This document shows, piece after piece, positions 13,213-24,706 of a DNA stretch of 64,000 nucleotides. This DNA is from a virus (Duplodnaviria; Caudoviricetes): IMG/VR virus record IMGVR_UViG_3300021426_000077, positions 36,428 to 100,427 of that record; one strand, written 5' to 3'. A model generated the notes under the pieces. It was not told the origin of the DNA and searched no databases. It worked only from the letters and a program-made list of their open reading frames with translations. The position numbers and the translations under genes were made by a program. Every line of letters begins with the position of its first letter. Position 1 is the stretch's first letter.

Positions 13213-14363
13213 GGGTTTGATGTTTCACCCTCAGCGCCGCCAGTTTCACCTTCAGCACTGTCACTACTTACCGCAGTATCAAAGATGCTGTTGGTATAAG
13301 GATTATCAGCAACCGCGGTGCTAGTTACACCTTCGCCGTAAATATCGGCACCCTGAGTACGATTGGCGTGGCCAAGAATAGTCTTATCCTCGTAATTGTG
13401 TCCACCAGCCTCAGTAGGATCAACGATCTGGAGAGCAGCCATAACCTTCTTAGACTTATTAAACTTAGTATAAGCGGGGAAGGCGTCAATGGTAAAGGTG
13501 AAGGTGGAAGGATCACCAGAGTTAGCCATTGTAAAGGTGAAGTTGGACTGAATCTTACCACGAGGAATGATAAACTGAGCAGGTAGATCCTGACCAGTAA
13601 CTTCATCACGGAAGAGAGTGTCAGCTTCAATGTAGTAATACCCACCAAAACTCTCAGCGTCGATCTGGATCTCTTGAGCACCATCAGTGTGAACTGTGTA
13701 GCAGTCAATACGGACAGTGTTACCACCCTTTACCTGAGAATCAGTATAGTTGGTAGCGTCAACATCAGAAATCTGGAAGTAAACAGAATCAGAAGCTCCA
13801 AGTTGAATCTCGCTATTAGTAACTGTAACAGCAGCACTAAGGGCCTTATCTGTAAAGATTTCCGCAGCCTTAACGGCAGAAAGGAAAGTCTTAGGACCAC
13901 CAGCACTGTCTAAAACAGTAGCATAAATAGGAGCTTCCTTAGAAACAACGATTGTCTCACCATTACGAATATCCGCAGGAAGTTCAACGAAGAACTTGTC
14001 ATTGGCAGTCTCAACAACTAGATCGTAAACTTGGTGAGTGTAGATCTTCTGACCAGCATCGGCACCTTGAGCCTTACGACCCTTAACGATACCAGCACCA
14101 GAAAGCATGGAGAAACTAACGGGAGAAATTAAAGCATCTTCGACAGTGAATGTTACAGTCTTCTCGCCGTCCCAACCGATTAGACGGGGATTACCCTTGC
14201 CGCCCTGAGCGTAAACTGTGGTAGAAGCACCCTCAAGAGAGCTGGTCTTAGCTGTATCTAAGTAGAGAACAGGCTGACCCGCATCAAAGTGCTGATTACC
14301 AATATCTACAGCGGTTAGAGGACGAAAGACAACATCACAGATCTCGCGTACACCCATTCGCAT
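13209..14363 (-). CDS. major tail (tube) protein
   Basis: MGVREICDVVFR...VYAQGGKGNPRLIGWDGEK...FTMANSGDPSTFTFTIDAFP; high-expression codon bias; synteny. Confidence 0.8.
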   Translation of the reverse strand: MRMGVREICDVVFRPLTAVDIGNQHFDAGQPVLYLDTAKTSSLEGASTTVYAQGGKGNPRLIGWDGEKTVTFTVEDALISPVSFSMLSGAGIVKGRKAQGADAGQKIYTHQVYDLVVETANDKFFVELPADIRNGETIVVSKEAPIYATVLDSAGGPKTFLSAVKAAEIFTDKALSAAVTVTNSEIQLGASDSVYFQISDVDATNYTDSQVKGGNTVRIDCYTVHTDGAQEIQIDAESFGGYYYIEADTLFRDEVTGQDLPAQFIIPRGKIQSNFTFTMANSGDPSTFTFTIDAFPAYTKFNKSKKVMAALQIVDPTEAGGHNYEDKTILGHANRTQGADIYGEGVTSTAVADNPYTNSIFDTAVSSDSAEGETGGAEGETSNP

Positions 14364-14494
14364 AAGCGGACCTCCTTTTGTCTAAAAAACGAACAGAAAA
14401 AAATTGTATACAGTCTTTTCCTTTTTTGATATTATTTAGGTTCGCGCTCCTATCTAATATCTCTTATATTCACCCTATCAAGGCTTAGGGAGAA

Positions 14495-15271
14495 TTAATA
14501 TAATGAACGATGCCATTCAAGAGGTTCTTCCATTTTTGAAGTATCCATTAAAGGCATTGTGGATACCCGCATATAGAAGTCAGATTTAACTTTTTCAAAA
14601 TATCTCTTATATACATCATATAATTGAAATGGGGTATAATTAAAAAAGATATTTATATCCATCTGTAATCCAACAGCTAAAGTAGAACATTGATCACAAA
14701 AGATTGAACGAGGACCATCTGATTCAGCCTGCATAGCATGAACCTTTTCTCGTCCTGCTTTAATCTTATCTGCAATTTTCTTTGCCGCATCATTCGCAGG
14801 ATTATAATCTGGTTCTCTTTCATTATCTATATGTGGAAGAAAAGCATCATTTAATACAATTTGAAAATCTTCAAAATTAAAAGGATGAATTCTTCCAACT
14901 ATTTTAGTCGTCTCTTCTTCTTGTTCTATTGAAAAATCTATTGAATTTTCTTCAACAGAAACAATATAATCTGGAAAGATTAAAGTAAAAAGATTTAAAA
15001 TTAAAGTTTTTACTGTTTCATCTTGATTGATCATCATCATTAATAACTGAAAATCTGATATAATCTCTAAATCAAGATTACCCTTTTTTACCATGTCAGT
15101 AAAATATTCCATTTTAGCTAACATTTGAACCGCCGATAAAAAATCATTTTCACCAAATAGCACTATATCTTTTATCTTAGGCTGAGTAATAAATATGTTC
15201 GCACTCTCAATTGGCAATGGTTGCCCAGAGAGAATTAAACCTAATTTTGTTTTATCTCCTTGTATACTCAT
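14495..15271 (-). CDS. tail-module protein (possible assembly chaperone)
   Basis: Intact ORF in tail module. Confidence 0.55.
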   Translation of the reverse strand: MSIQGDKTKLGLILSGQPLPIESANIFITQPKIKDIVLFGENDFLSAVQMLAKMEYFTDMVKKGNLDLEIISDFQLLMMMINQDETVKTLILNLFTLIFPDYIVSVEENSIDFSIEQEEETTKIVGRIHPFNFEDFQIVLNDAFLPHIDNEREPDYNPANDAAKKIADKIKAGREKVHAMQAESDGPRSIFCDQCSTLAVGLQMDINIFFNYTPFQLYDVYKRYFEKVKSDFYMRVSTMPLMDTSKMEEPLEWHRSLY

Positions 15272-15286
15272 AAAACAACACACCTA

Positions 15287-15907
15287 TTAATAAGAACCAT
15301 TTAAGTCCTGATGTGAAGGTAGTGTAGGATCAAGATTTACGCTATCATCTGCATTAGAATGAGTTGCAATATACCTTAAAACAATTCCTCCTAAATATTC
15401 GTTCATTACAATTTCGCTAGCACCCATAAATTGTAAAGTACCAATACCAGAAAGTTTAGTGCCATTTAAAATACCATCAATATATCCCGCAATTTGATAA
15501 GGACGAAGTTTATAATCATCTAATTCCCAATAGTCTAAATGACAAATAATAGAAAAAGTAATTGTACAATCACGATATTGTGGATTACTTGTAGGAATAA
15601 AATCATCAAATTCTAAAAGAATATATGCTTTAACCTCTTCATGCTCACCAAATTCAAGTTTAGGAACATTTTTAAGATACTGCTTATCTTTTAAATCTTG
15701 AAGATTCATACCATCAATAATTTCTTGATATTGTATCTGAGTATCATCAAGACAATCCGCAGTATTAAGCACTAAAAGTCGTTTTAATTTATCAGAATAT
15801 GGGCGACTTTCAATAAAAAGTCGCCGCCAAATCGTTTCTTGATCTGTTTCGCAGGAGAGAAAAGTAGATTTAAAATTATTAGCTAACAATACCGATGCTT
15901 TTTTCAT
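15287..15907 (-). CDS. neck/tail completion-like protein
   Basis: Start MKKAS with RBS; position between head closure and tail tube genes. Confidence 0.55.
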   Translation of the reverse strand: MKKASVLLANNFKSTFLSCETDQETIWRRLFIESRPYSDKLKRLLVLNTADCLDDTQIQYQEIIDGMNLQDLKDKQYLKNVPKLEFGEHEEVKAYILLEFDDFIPTSNPQYRDCTITFSIICHLDYWELDDYKLRPYQIAGYIDGILNGTKLSGIGTLQFMGASEIVMNEYLGGIVLRYIATHSNADDSVNLDPTLPSHQDLNGSY

Positions 15908-17027
15908 TCTTATCTCCTGTAAATGATCCAATAGTAACAGGTAAAGTATAAGTTTCATTATCTTCAGTAACACACGTTAAAGTAAACTTACCTTTGCGAC
16001 CAGTTAATACTTCAAGTTCGCACTTAGTACCATCTTGAGAATTAATACGAACTAAAGAAGAGTCTACACTAAATGTACCATTAGCTTCATAAGTATAAAT
16101 ACCATATGGAGCAACTGTATCTGGTCCATTAATATATCCTCTTTGTCAATCTATTGTTACTTCTAAACTATACTCACCATAGTTAATAGTGTAAGTACCT
16201 ATTGCGCCATCATGAATTCTAACTTTACACATATTTCCATCATTCATAACATCTACGATTTCTACTCTTGGGTTGCCAGTAACAAACCAAGAGAAAGAAC
16301 TTTGTAAATAAGATTTTGGAATATAATATCCGATAGTAGTATCTTGCGGGACTAGTGTTTCACCAACGATAACAGATTCAATATCGTCAGCTTTCTTAAT
16401 TTCCGGAAGTTCTGCAATTGGATTGTCATAATATTCTTGAACTTCTATTTCAAGAATGCCTGGGACAGAAATACTATCTGTAACTTGGACTTCTCAAATA
16501 TGTCCATCAACTTTAATATGTGTAAAACGTTCAAAAAATTCACGAGTTTGTTTATTTAATTTTATAAAAATAGTACCAGAAAGATTTAATTCATTAATAT
16601 TAATTCCACGTTTTTGAAATCAACGAATATCTGTCTCTGTCGGACCTTGAAAATAAATTCAGTATTCTGTATCATCAATTGTAATAGTATATCTACAACG
16701 AATGATTTCTGAACGGAGATATGCTGTTTCTGTTAAAATTGGAAGATATACCATCCAATGGGTACAATCATCTAATATTTCAAAAACATCCCCAGCTTCA
16801 AGACCTGCATCATATTCAACAGATAGAATTTTTTTGTCATAATCTGGTTTTAAATTATTTAAATTTATAAGTGCGGGCCAAGCTTCACAAAGAGGAGTTT
16901 TAATTAATCTACTATTATAATCGTTTTTTAATGCGGCCCGCAGACTATTTAATTTTTGTTGATTAATTCGACCTAATGCATTTCCTCCTTGATATTGAAG
17001 TCGCGCACTAAGAGTCTTTAATGACAT
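15879..17027 (-). CDS. head closure/neck-like protein with beta-rich (Ig-like?) C-terminus (TGA=Trp)
   Basis: Frame reads through several TGA to TAA at 15879; track shows only the first 122 aa. Confidence 0.65.
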
Positions 17028-17274
17028 GGTCGTCTCCTACTTCTTCTCTTGACTGTTGCGCTTCAGCACCCTCTGAAAAAGCTAAAATTGCTCCAATTGA
17101 TAATATTAGAATATGAAAAACTAACATTGTGTGATTAGCTGTTGTTATTCCTCATAAAGGACTGAATCCTTTTACAACAATCGCGCTAAGAGGGCAAACA
17201 ATAAGTCCTATCCACTTTAAAGTGTTATATAGTCTATTATTAACTTGAGAATTAATAATATTTATTTCCTCCAA
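17008..17274 (-). CDS. holin, Dp-1-like (TGA=Trp at codon 41)
   Basis: MEEINIINSQVNNRLYNTLKWIGLIVCPLSAIVVKGFSPLW*GITT...VFHILILSIGAILAFS; two hydrophobic segments; YxxLKWI...WG pattern of Dp-1-type holins; TTG start after AGAAAGGGG; absent from the ORF track. Confidence 0.7.
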
Positions 17275-17302
17275 AATTTGCCCCCCTTTCTAAAATTTTT
17301 AT

Positions 17303-17614
17303 CTAGCTAAAATAAGTCCTTATCTTATCTATTAATCCGCAGCATTCAAAAATTGTTCTGCGGTAAAGCATAAAATCTGCTTCATCACTCATTTCAATTA
17401 AACCTTGTAATTTACATACTAGAGCAACTAAATATTCTAAATTAGAAAATAATCCTTGCATTCCCAAAAGCTCAAGGATAATAGTTTCTAATGGTTTACT
17501 TCACTCTTGATGTTCTTCCCGCATAGGTAGAAGTTTAAAAATTTGTGACTGTAATCTTATTAGATTATTATCAATTGCTCTGTTGTCTATATCAATATCA
17601 TACACGCTAATCAT
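17303..17614 (-). CDS. hypothetical head-module protein (TGA=Trp)
   Basis: MISVYD...LLPMREEHQEW*SKPLETIILEL...TYFS; start overlaps the upstream stop. Confidence 0.65.
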
Positions 17615-18101
17615 AATACTGTGTATCAGATGTATCCATGATTCTAGCAAAAGTAGAACCGTATCCTCCACCTTCTCGCTTTTTACGGCGATTGTATAAT
17701 CTCTGTAAATGGAAGCCTTTTGTTTCATATTCCTTTTTTAGAGCCACAAGCTGTTTAATATGACTTGCTTGTGAAGTAAATTTAAAATCACTTCCACTAT
17801 ACTTTTGACGAACAAGATCAATATTAGCTAATTGATAACCTAACCATTCGCTAATCATATATTGACGAATAATCATCATTTCTTCTTGAGTTAAAGTAAC
17901 AGTAAAAGTTTTAGATTCTAAATCTAAATCAAAAAGACTCTTTTTAGGAAACTCAAAATGCGGAATAGCGGCCATTAGAATTTCTTCTAATAAAGCTTCT
18001 GTATCTTCTTTTGTCATTTCCATAAACATATCATCTGTAATCCCCGCAAGGAAGAAATCATACATTTCTTCAAAAGAAGTAAAGGAAGAAGTATCTGACA
18101 T
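17607..18101 (-). CDS. head-tail adaptor-like protein
   Basis: Synteny; YSGSDFKFTSQASH motif. Confidence 0.55.
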   Translation of the reverse strand: MSDTSSFTSFEEMYDFFLAGITDDMFMEMTKEDTEALLEEILMAAIPHFEFPKKSLFDLDLESKTFTVTLTQEEMMIIRQYMISEWLGYQLANIDLVRQKYSGSDFKFTSQASHIKQLVALKKEYETKGFHLQRLYNRRKKREGGGYGSTFARIMDTSDTQYYD

Positions 18102-18117
18102 TTTGGCCTCCTTCCTA

Positions 18118-18675
18118 TTAACTTTGAGTTACACGACGTCCTGTTCTATTAGCCTTAGTTGCGCTAACGCGACGGTGAGAAGGAGCTTCATTTTCAGTTC
18201 TTACATTCTCTGTCGCTTCCGCAAATTCAATTTGCTTGTTTATATCAATACCTGTCATTTGAGAAATTACTCGTCTGCGATTAGTATCAGGAATTTTCCA
18301 AATAACAGCGTAATCAATTATCATCTCACGGATTCCTTCTGGAGCAAAATCTAAAGCATCTTGTAAAGACTCAATTAATGCATCATTATCTAGAAGAAGA
18401 TGCTTAATATCTTTTAACTCCCAATCATATTCAATTTGATCTTTGGGAATATTAAATTCTGCTCTTAAATCGTTATTTTTTACACAAAGATATTCGTGAA
18501 GAAGCGTTTCTCCACCACTAGTGTAATGTAGTCCACGAAGTTCTCCCGCACTAATCTTTCTCTCTTGGAAGGGTTCAAAAACTACTCGACGATTTTGATC
18601 TGGAATTGTATAAACCACTTTATGGTTTACCATATTACGTACTGGAACTAGTACATGATCTTGTAAATTACTCAT
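18118..18675 (-). CDS. hypothetical head-module protein
   Basis: ORF with AAGGAG RBS before MSNLQ. Confidence 0.65.
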   Translation of the reverse strand: MSNLQDHVLVPVRNMVNHKVVYTIPDQNRRVVFEPFQERKISAGELRGLHYTSGGETLLHEYLCVKNNDLRAEFNIPKDQIEYDWELKDIKHLLLDNDALIESLQDALDFAPEGIREMIIDYAVIWKIPDTNRRRVISQMTGIDINKQIEFAEATENVRTENEAPSHRRVSATKANRTGRRVTQS

Positions 18676-18750
18676 TTTATCTCCTTTTATCTCTATAATA
18701 TACAAATAAAGGAGGAAGCATCTAATTTAATGCTTCCTCCTTATTAATGT

Positions 18751-19398
18751 TTAAACTTTACAAGTTTCAATTTTTCTAATTAGATGACCACATCCAACTC
18801 GTGTATCAACATAACAAGGAATATTGTTTTTACGAAGTTGTTCACAGAAAAATAAATCTTCTGATAATACTCCTTTATGAGAATTATTATAATTTACTCA
18901 ATCAAATCAAGGATAACTAATTTTATTAAAAATAGAGGTTTTAATGAGAATACACCCCATTCCTCCACCGTGAATTTTTACTAAATATTTATTATCATTA
19001 TGGAGTTTTATTAATTCTTCTTTAGTATATGCACTTTCTTTAGAATAATTAAAATATAATTTATTATACTCATCTTTAAGTTTATATACACAAGTTTTAT
19101 TTAAAGTTTGATCATCTAAATGCCTACGCACATAAAAGCCACTTACAACGTCAACATTATGAGAAAGAAGATTGAGAAGAGCATCTTTTGGAGGAGTTAC
19201 ATCATTGTCAATCATGAATACATAATCATAATTACCATCTAATGTTAATTGCGCAATTTTATTACGTGCAGTTGCACAATCATATCCTCGCACAAAGTTA
19301 AAAGAGCATTCATTATCACCCTTATCTAAATCTCAAATAGATTTAAAAGTATCTGGTGTAATATTTTCAAAAGTTGGAACCGCAATTAAAATTTTCAT
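18751..19398 (-). CDS. glycosyltransferase family 2-like (TGA=Trp)
   Basis: MKILIAVPT...ARNKIA...VFMIDND...GMGCILIK...PW*FDW*...SEDLFFC...VDTRVGCGHL. Confidence 0.85.
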
Positions 19399-19399
19399 T

Positions 19400-20131
19400 T
19401 TATTGCGCTCTCTTTGAATGTTCTTCTAAAACTGTTTCTCAATCCATCTCTTTATATTTTTTTATATATTCACGTCGTGGGACTTTGATTGAATTTTGTC
19501 ACTCTCTATATCCTGCAAAATGCACAATTGCAGGTGAATCAGTATAGCCAGTAACTTTAGTTTCATTATAACAAACAGGAATCTCAGAAACATGATCAGC
19601 AAAATAATTTACCGCATCTTGATCTACATAAGGTACTTTTTTATTATTTAAAAAATCAATTAATTTTTCATCTTTTTTAAATTTACGCATCTTATCTAAA
19701 TCAAATAATGCGACTCCAGCATTATAATACAATGGACCGTAGGGTTTGTAAGTGGACAATGTTTCTTCCACCATTGCGACTCAATCATCTTTTCTTAAAA
19801 AATCTCAAATAGGATTAATATCTCTTACACAAATAGTATCTACATCAAGTTGAAGTATTCTACTAACTTCTGGTAATAATTGAGTATAACAAACTCTAAT
19901 CATAGCCATATAAGTGAATTGTGTTCTCATATTTGGACCGTCTTTAGGAAAAAACTTTTGCCCACTTACATTATGACATTGAATTATATCTGGAAGTTCA
20001 TGCGGAAAATTATTATCTTCAATGAAAAAATGAACTGTATCTACTGAGCTATTCGCAATAAGTGATTTAGCTGCAGTTTCCATTGAATCATATAAGTTTC
20101 TTGTACCTGTATATGCCGCATGCTTTTCCAT
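19400..20131 (-). CDS. glycosyltransferase family 8-like (TGA=Trp)
   Basis: RILQLDVDT, YYNAGVALFDL, VDQDAVN, IVHFAG motifs across two track fragments in one frame. Confidence 0.88.
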
Positions 20132-20154
20132 TTAAATTAATTTATCTTATTAGA

Positions 20155-21252
20155 TTACTCGCCAGATTCGCCTTCAGCGCCAGATTCACCCTCGGGCTCG
20201 TCAACAGGAAGATTATGTAAACGAGAAGCCTTCTTAAGATCGGTGTTGCGATAGCTGAAGATAAAGTTGGTGAAGAAAGTAGCTACGCCAAACTTCTTGT
20301 AAGCCTGGAAGTCGGTGCTCCAATCATCGTTATCTTCAACAGTACGAACCGCAGTTTGACCCTCAAAGACAATCTTAACAGGCTTGTTGTCTTGACCAAC
20401 GGGGAAGATATAAGCCTGAGCAGGATCGATTACCTTCTCAGTATTAGTTTCATCAACCATGGACTGAGGAAGAATAATTACATTGTGACCCTTGTAGTTG
20501 CCAAGCCAACCTTCGGCCCAGAGACGATTCTTCATATCATCAGAAACCCAATTGGTCTGGGGAAGCATCTTAGCAGCAAACTCAAAGGTACAGTAAATAG
20601 AAGCCTTGCCATAGCTATCAGCAATAGCAAGTAGCTCGTCCATAGTGGCCTCGTCAAAGCCCGCAACCTCAGCGCGCTGAACCGCAGGTAGAGAAGCAAC
20701 TACAGCTGCAAGAGCCTTAGCAATCTCGCGATAAATAAATTCGTCCATGCCTTCCATGACAAGACTGGTTAACTCAGAGAACTGAATGCGGCCATCAAGC
20801 ATTTCCTCGAAGCCAATACGAGCCGCGCCACCGATAGCGCTAGTCTCAACAGTCATGGACTTACCATCAAGCATGAAGACCTCATAACGGCCGGCAAGAC
20901 CGACACGAGTAACGAAAGTCTTAGCGCGCTTACGAGCAGACTCAGTGATGCGAGTACGGAAGACCGCCTTATCGCCCTGAGCTACATTGCGAATCTCTGC
21001 GAATTGGGCATATTGAGCCTCAACACGAGCAGGAAGAACCTCGTCAATAGTCTGCTCAATTAGACGGAAAATAAGATTCTTGTTCTCACGGTAATCACTA
21101 TAAGAACCAGCTAGTTTACGGAACTCGGTTGCAAGAGCCTCATTAACCTGATCGAGAGTGTAGCTCTCGTCATTGAAGGAATAGGCTGTAGGAGCAGAAG
21201 GATCTGCCTTAAGAGCAATACGAGCTAAAGATAATAGATCTTTGTATTCCAT
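20155..21252 (-). CDS. major capsid protein
   Basis: Position after scaffold and decoration genes; strong codon bias; ~365 aa; no in-frame TGA. Confidence 0.85.
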   Translation of the reverse strand: MEYKDLLSLARIALKADPSAPTAYSFNDESYTLDQVNEALATEFRKLAGSYSDYRENKNLIFRLIEQTIDEVLPARVEAQYAQFAEIRNVAQGDKAVFRTRITESARKRAKTFVTRVGLAGRYEVFMLDGKSMTVETSAIGGAARIGFEEMLDGRIQFSELTSLVMEGMDEFIYREIAKALAAVVASLPAVQRAEVAGFDEATMDELLAIADSYGKASIYCTFEFAAKMLPQTNWVSDDMKNRLWAEGWLGNYKGHNVIILPQSMVDETNTEKVIDPAQAYIFPVGQDNKPVKIVFEGQTAVRTVEDNDDWSTDFQAYKKFGVATFFTNFIFSYRNTDLKKASRLHNLPVDEPEGESGAEGESGE

Positions 21253-21269
21253 TCTACATCCTCCCTTCA

Positions 21270-21764
21270 TTAAGCCTTAATGCACTGAAGCTTGACCGCA
21301 GGTTGACCATCGGGTAAAGTATACTCTTTAACAACCTTGAAAACAAGATCGCCAGAATTACCCGCAGTAAGAATACCATCATTACCAGGAACAACGGTAT
21401 CGTTAACCTTTAGGCTAGTGCCATCAGCAAACATGTTAGTAGTAAAAATATCACCAGCTACAAGGCCAAAGACGCGAGGATAAATCTTGCCATCATAAGA
21501 ATCCTCAACCTTTTGAGCCCAATCCTTGTGCATCTGATGACGCTCATCATAGAGCTTTTCCTCGTTGTAGACGAGCATCCAAGCGCCGTCGCCTGTAAAG
21601 TTAACCTCGCCAGCAGCGTAGTCATACTTTACAAACATGCCATTCTCAAGAATGGTAATATTTTCAGCAGCAGGGAGCTGTGCATAAACACGACCGTCAC
21701 GAGGAGCAGAAAGATGGTTAGGCTCAACCTGGCCGTAACCCTCTCGTTTAAATGTAATAGCCAT
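21270..21764 (-). CDS. capsid decoration/minor head protein
   Basis: Between scaffold and capsid; GYGQVEPNHLS...LENG...GDIFTTN...TLPDGQPAVK. Confidence 0.65.
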   Translation of the reverse strand: MAITFKREGYGQVEPNHLSAPRDGRVYAQLPAAENITILENGMFVKYDYAAGEVNFTGDGAWMLVYNEEKLYDERHQMHKDWAQKVEDSYDGKIYPRVFGLVAGDIFTTNMFADGTSLKVNDTVVPGNDGILTAGNSGDLVFKVVKEYTLPDGQPAVKLQCIKA

Positions 21765-21784
21765 ATTACATTCCTCCTTTTACT

Positions 21785-23119
21785 TTAAAGATTTTTAGTT
21801 TGACGAAGTGCTTCAAGGAAAGCAGGAACGCTCTCAGATGCTTCTTCGTCGAGAGAGAAAGTCATAGCAGGAGCTGTCTCGGATTCAGATTCAACTTCTT
21901 CTTGACCATCAATCATGTCAAAGTTAACATTTTTCTCAACATAAATAACAGCTAGTTTAGCCTTAATTTCATCAAGACTATACTCGCTCTTATGAGCGAT
22001 AACGTCAGCCTTATCCTCGTCAGAAAGCATATGATAAGAAGCAATTAATTTATCCTTCTTTTCATTTTCAATATTTAGCTTAAAATCACGAAGTTCAGCA
22101 ATCTCTGCGCGAAGAGATTCATTTTCGCTAACTAAAGCCGCATATTCTTCTTCTGTACGGGTAAACTGAGTCTGCTCTTCTTCAGTCTCGGCCTTGTCTT
22201 CGACTTCTTCTTGAGCAAACTCTTTAGAATTAGCTTGATCATCAGCTGTTTCTTCGACCGTTGTATCAACAGCCGCAATATCATCTACAGATTCCTCTAC
22301 AAAATCCGCAGCAGGCTCTTCTTTAGGCTCTTCCTCAAGAGCATGCTCAAGCTCTGCTTCTTCTGTAGTCTCTTCTGTTAGATCAACATTTTCGTCAGAC
22401 ATGTTCAACCCTCCTTTACTATTGAGCGCTGTTTGTAAATCGTTCATCATCGTAAATAAGGTTTGCTGGAACTCCACGCCTTGAGTAAAGTTCTTACTTA
22501 CCTCTGGAGATGTAACCGAAGCGCCTTCATAACAAGGTTCAACATCATCCCCAAGAATGCACAACTTACTAAAAGTTGCGTCATTAATAATGAAGAAATC
22601 TACACCAAGATTATTATCAGTTGCCCAATGACCTTCTAGAGTTTGATCATCTAGTTCCATTGATTGCGGCTGACCTTCGCGAAGTACCTTGGTAAGTTCT
22701 TCAAATTGACCAACTCATAAATAACCAGTTGTCATTAAATAAGTGCGTTCAACTTGATTACCAAATTCATCTGTATCAATGAAATTTTGGAATCAAACTT
22801 CTGCATCAGGTGAAACGAAACCATAAGGAATAGTTTTGCAAGAGAATGTTAATTCACCATCCTCGATATGCATTATATGCCCATGATCGCCAAAATCTTC
22901 TTTATCTTTATTAAACGCCGCTACGATAGGTGTGCCACGTAAAGTTTTAGCCATACCTTCCGCAGTCTCACGATTAATATAAGACCCATTGCGATTATGT
23001 CCCAGATAAAAAACTTTAATCTCGCACTTAGACATTAAAGGGTTAATATCAAGGGGTTGTAAATTAATAAACTCAGGACCTTGAATCATATCTACCTCAG
23101 ATTTATTTTTTAATGCCAT
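21785..23119 (-). CDS. prohead protease/scaffold (TGA=Trp)
   Basis: NRNGSYI...QSMEL...LCILGDDVEPCYEGAS protease-like motifs followed by an acidic coiled coil; two fragments in one frame. Confidence 0.8.
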
Positions 23120-23134
23120 TTTCCCCCCTTTCTA

Positions 23135-24694
23135 TTAACCCTCAGATTCTTCATTTGCGATTGTTTTGTCTGATTTTTCATCTGGTGAAAGCTCTGGGCG
23201 TCCACCTTGCTCGTCCGCAGATGCGTTTCCATCATTATCGCCACCAGACTGTTGAGTTTTGCTAATGGTAGAAGACATCTGAGGAGGAGTAAATATCTCA
23301 ACAAGCTCCATAATTTGATTCTCAAATATGGCAGTAGCAAGTACTGTACTTGGAGATTGTCCAAGAGCAACTTGTGGTAAAAGTTTAGAGAAGCCAATTT
23401 GAGTTTGCTCTTTATAAAGCTTGGAAAGATCTTTGTAATTATAAATTGTTGTGGGTAACATTTGTACCCTATATAAAAGACGCTTTGGATTCTTGTTAAA
23501 CATCTTTAACAAAGACTCCGCATAATCTTGGAATTGTAGAACTAAATCAAACATTGTAGCTTCATCATTTGCAATTGACTTTTCAAGCGCTAAATTACCA
23601 CTTGTATTAAATTGCATTTGACTAACGCCAGCTTCATTATAGACTGTTCTTTCCACTTTCTCGAGCTGGTCGGCCGCAGACTCATTACTGTGATCAGATA
23701 AGTCTTCAACTTTAACATCTGCAAAAGTAGTAAGAACATTAATACCAATTGCTTTGCCTAACATTTCAACTGCATTCTTATGAAGTTCTCGAGCTTCATC
23801 TACGTCAAATATTAAGTCACCATTTTTATCAATTGGCATCTCTTGGATGATTAATCTAAGAAGTTGTTGTTCCATCTTTTGTTTATCTAAATCTTGAGCA
23901 TCTTCAAGATCCATTAATTTTGGAACAATAGAAATAAATAATGGAATATCTGAATTGTTTAAATTAAATTTAACAGTACATTCTGGATCTAGAGTAAACC
24001 AGCCTTTTCCACTACCAACGTAATCTTCATCCATTTTTCCATGCTTATATTTAATATAAGCTTGTTGGAATTCTTTGGGGAACATTTTTAAAACTTTAAT
24101 GCGATAGTCTACATCTTTAAATTGTTCATCAAAGAATTTAACATTAAATTCTATAATATAATGCCCATTTAATTTATATCTTGAACGACAATAATCAATA
24201 GGAAGTTCTTGTAGGTAGGCCGCATCTTTTTGTTCAATTTTATATCCATAATAACAGCCGTTCCGGAGTACCTTAAGTGCAATTTCCCCAAAGGTGCTCT
24301 TTAAACGACAATTATCTAAGAATGTATTAGTCTTTAGTCAACCTTCAATAACTTTATCATCTTTAATTTTATCATCATATCTGATAGGAGTAATTATCCA
24401 ATCATACCGATATAGATAAGCCATATAACGACAAAGGCGAGAGTAAATACCACTTTTAACAAAGAAATAATTGGAAATGGAACGGAGTTCTTTTGTTTCA
24501 TTATTCTCCAAAGCCCTCATTATATCATGTTTTTTAATTCTGTGATGATGATTACGATCAACAAATTCAGATGCTTTAATTACAACATCATCTCGATAAA
24601 TTTGCCCGTTAATTCTCATTTTATTAAATTCATGCGGAGACCGTGTTGAGTTATTTTCTGAGGCAATTAAACGGAAATCTTTTGTATCACTCAA
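23135..24694 (-). CDS. portal protein (TGA=Trp)
   Basis: ~519 aa after readthrough of TGA at 24338; between terminase and protease. Confidence 0.8.
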
Positions 24695-24706
24695 TATTCG
24701 ACCCCC

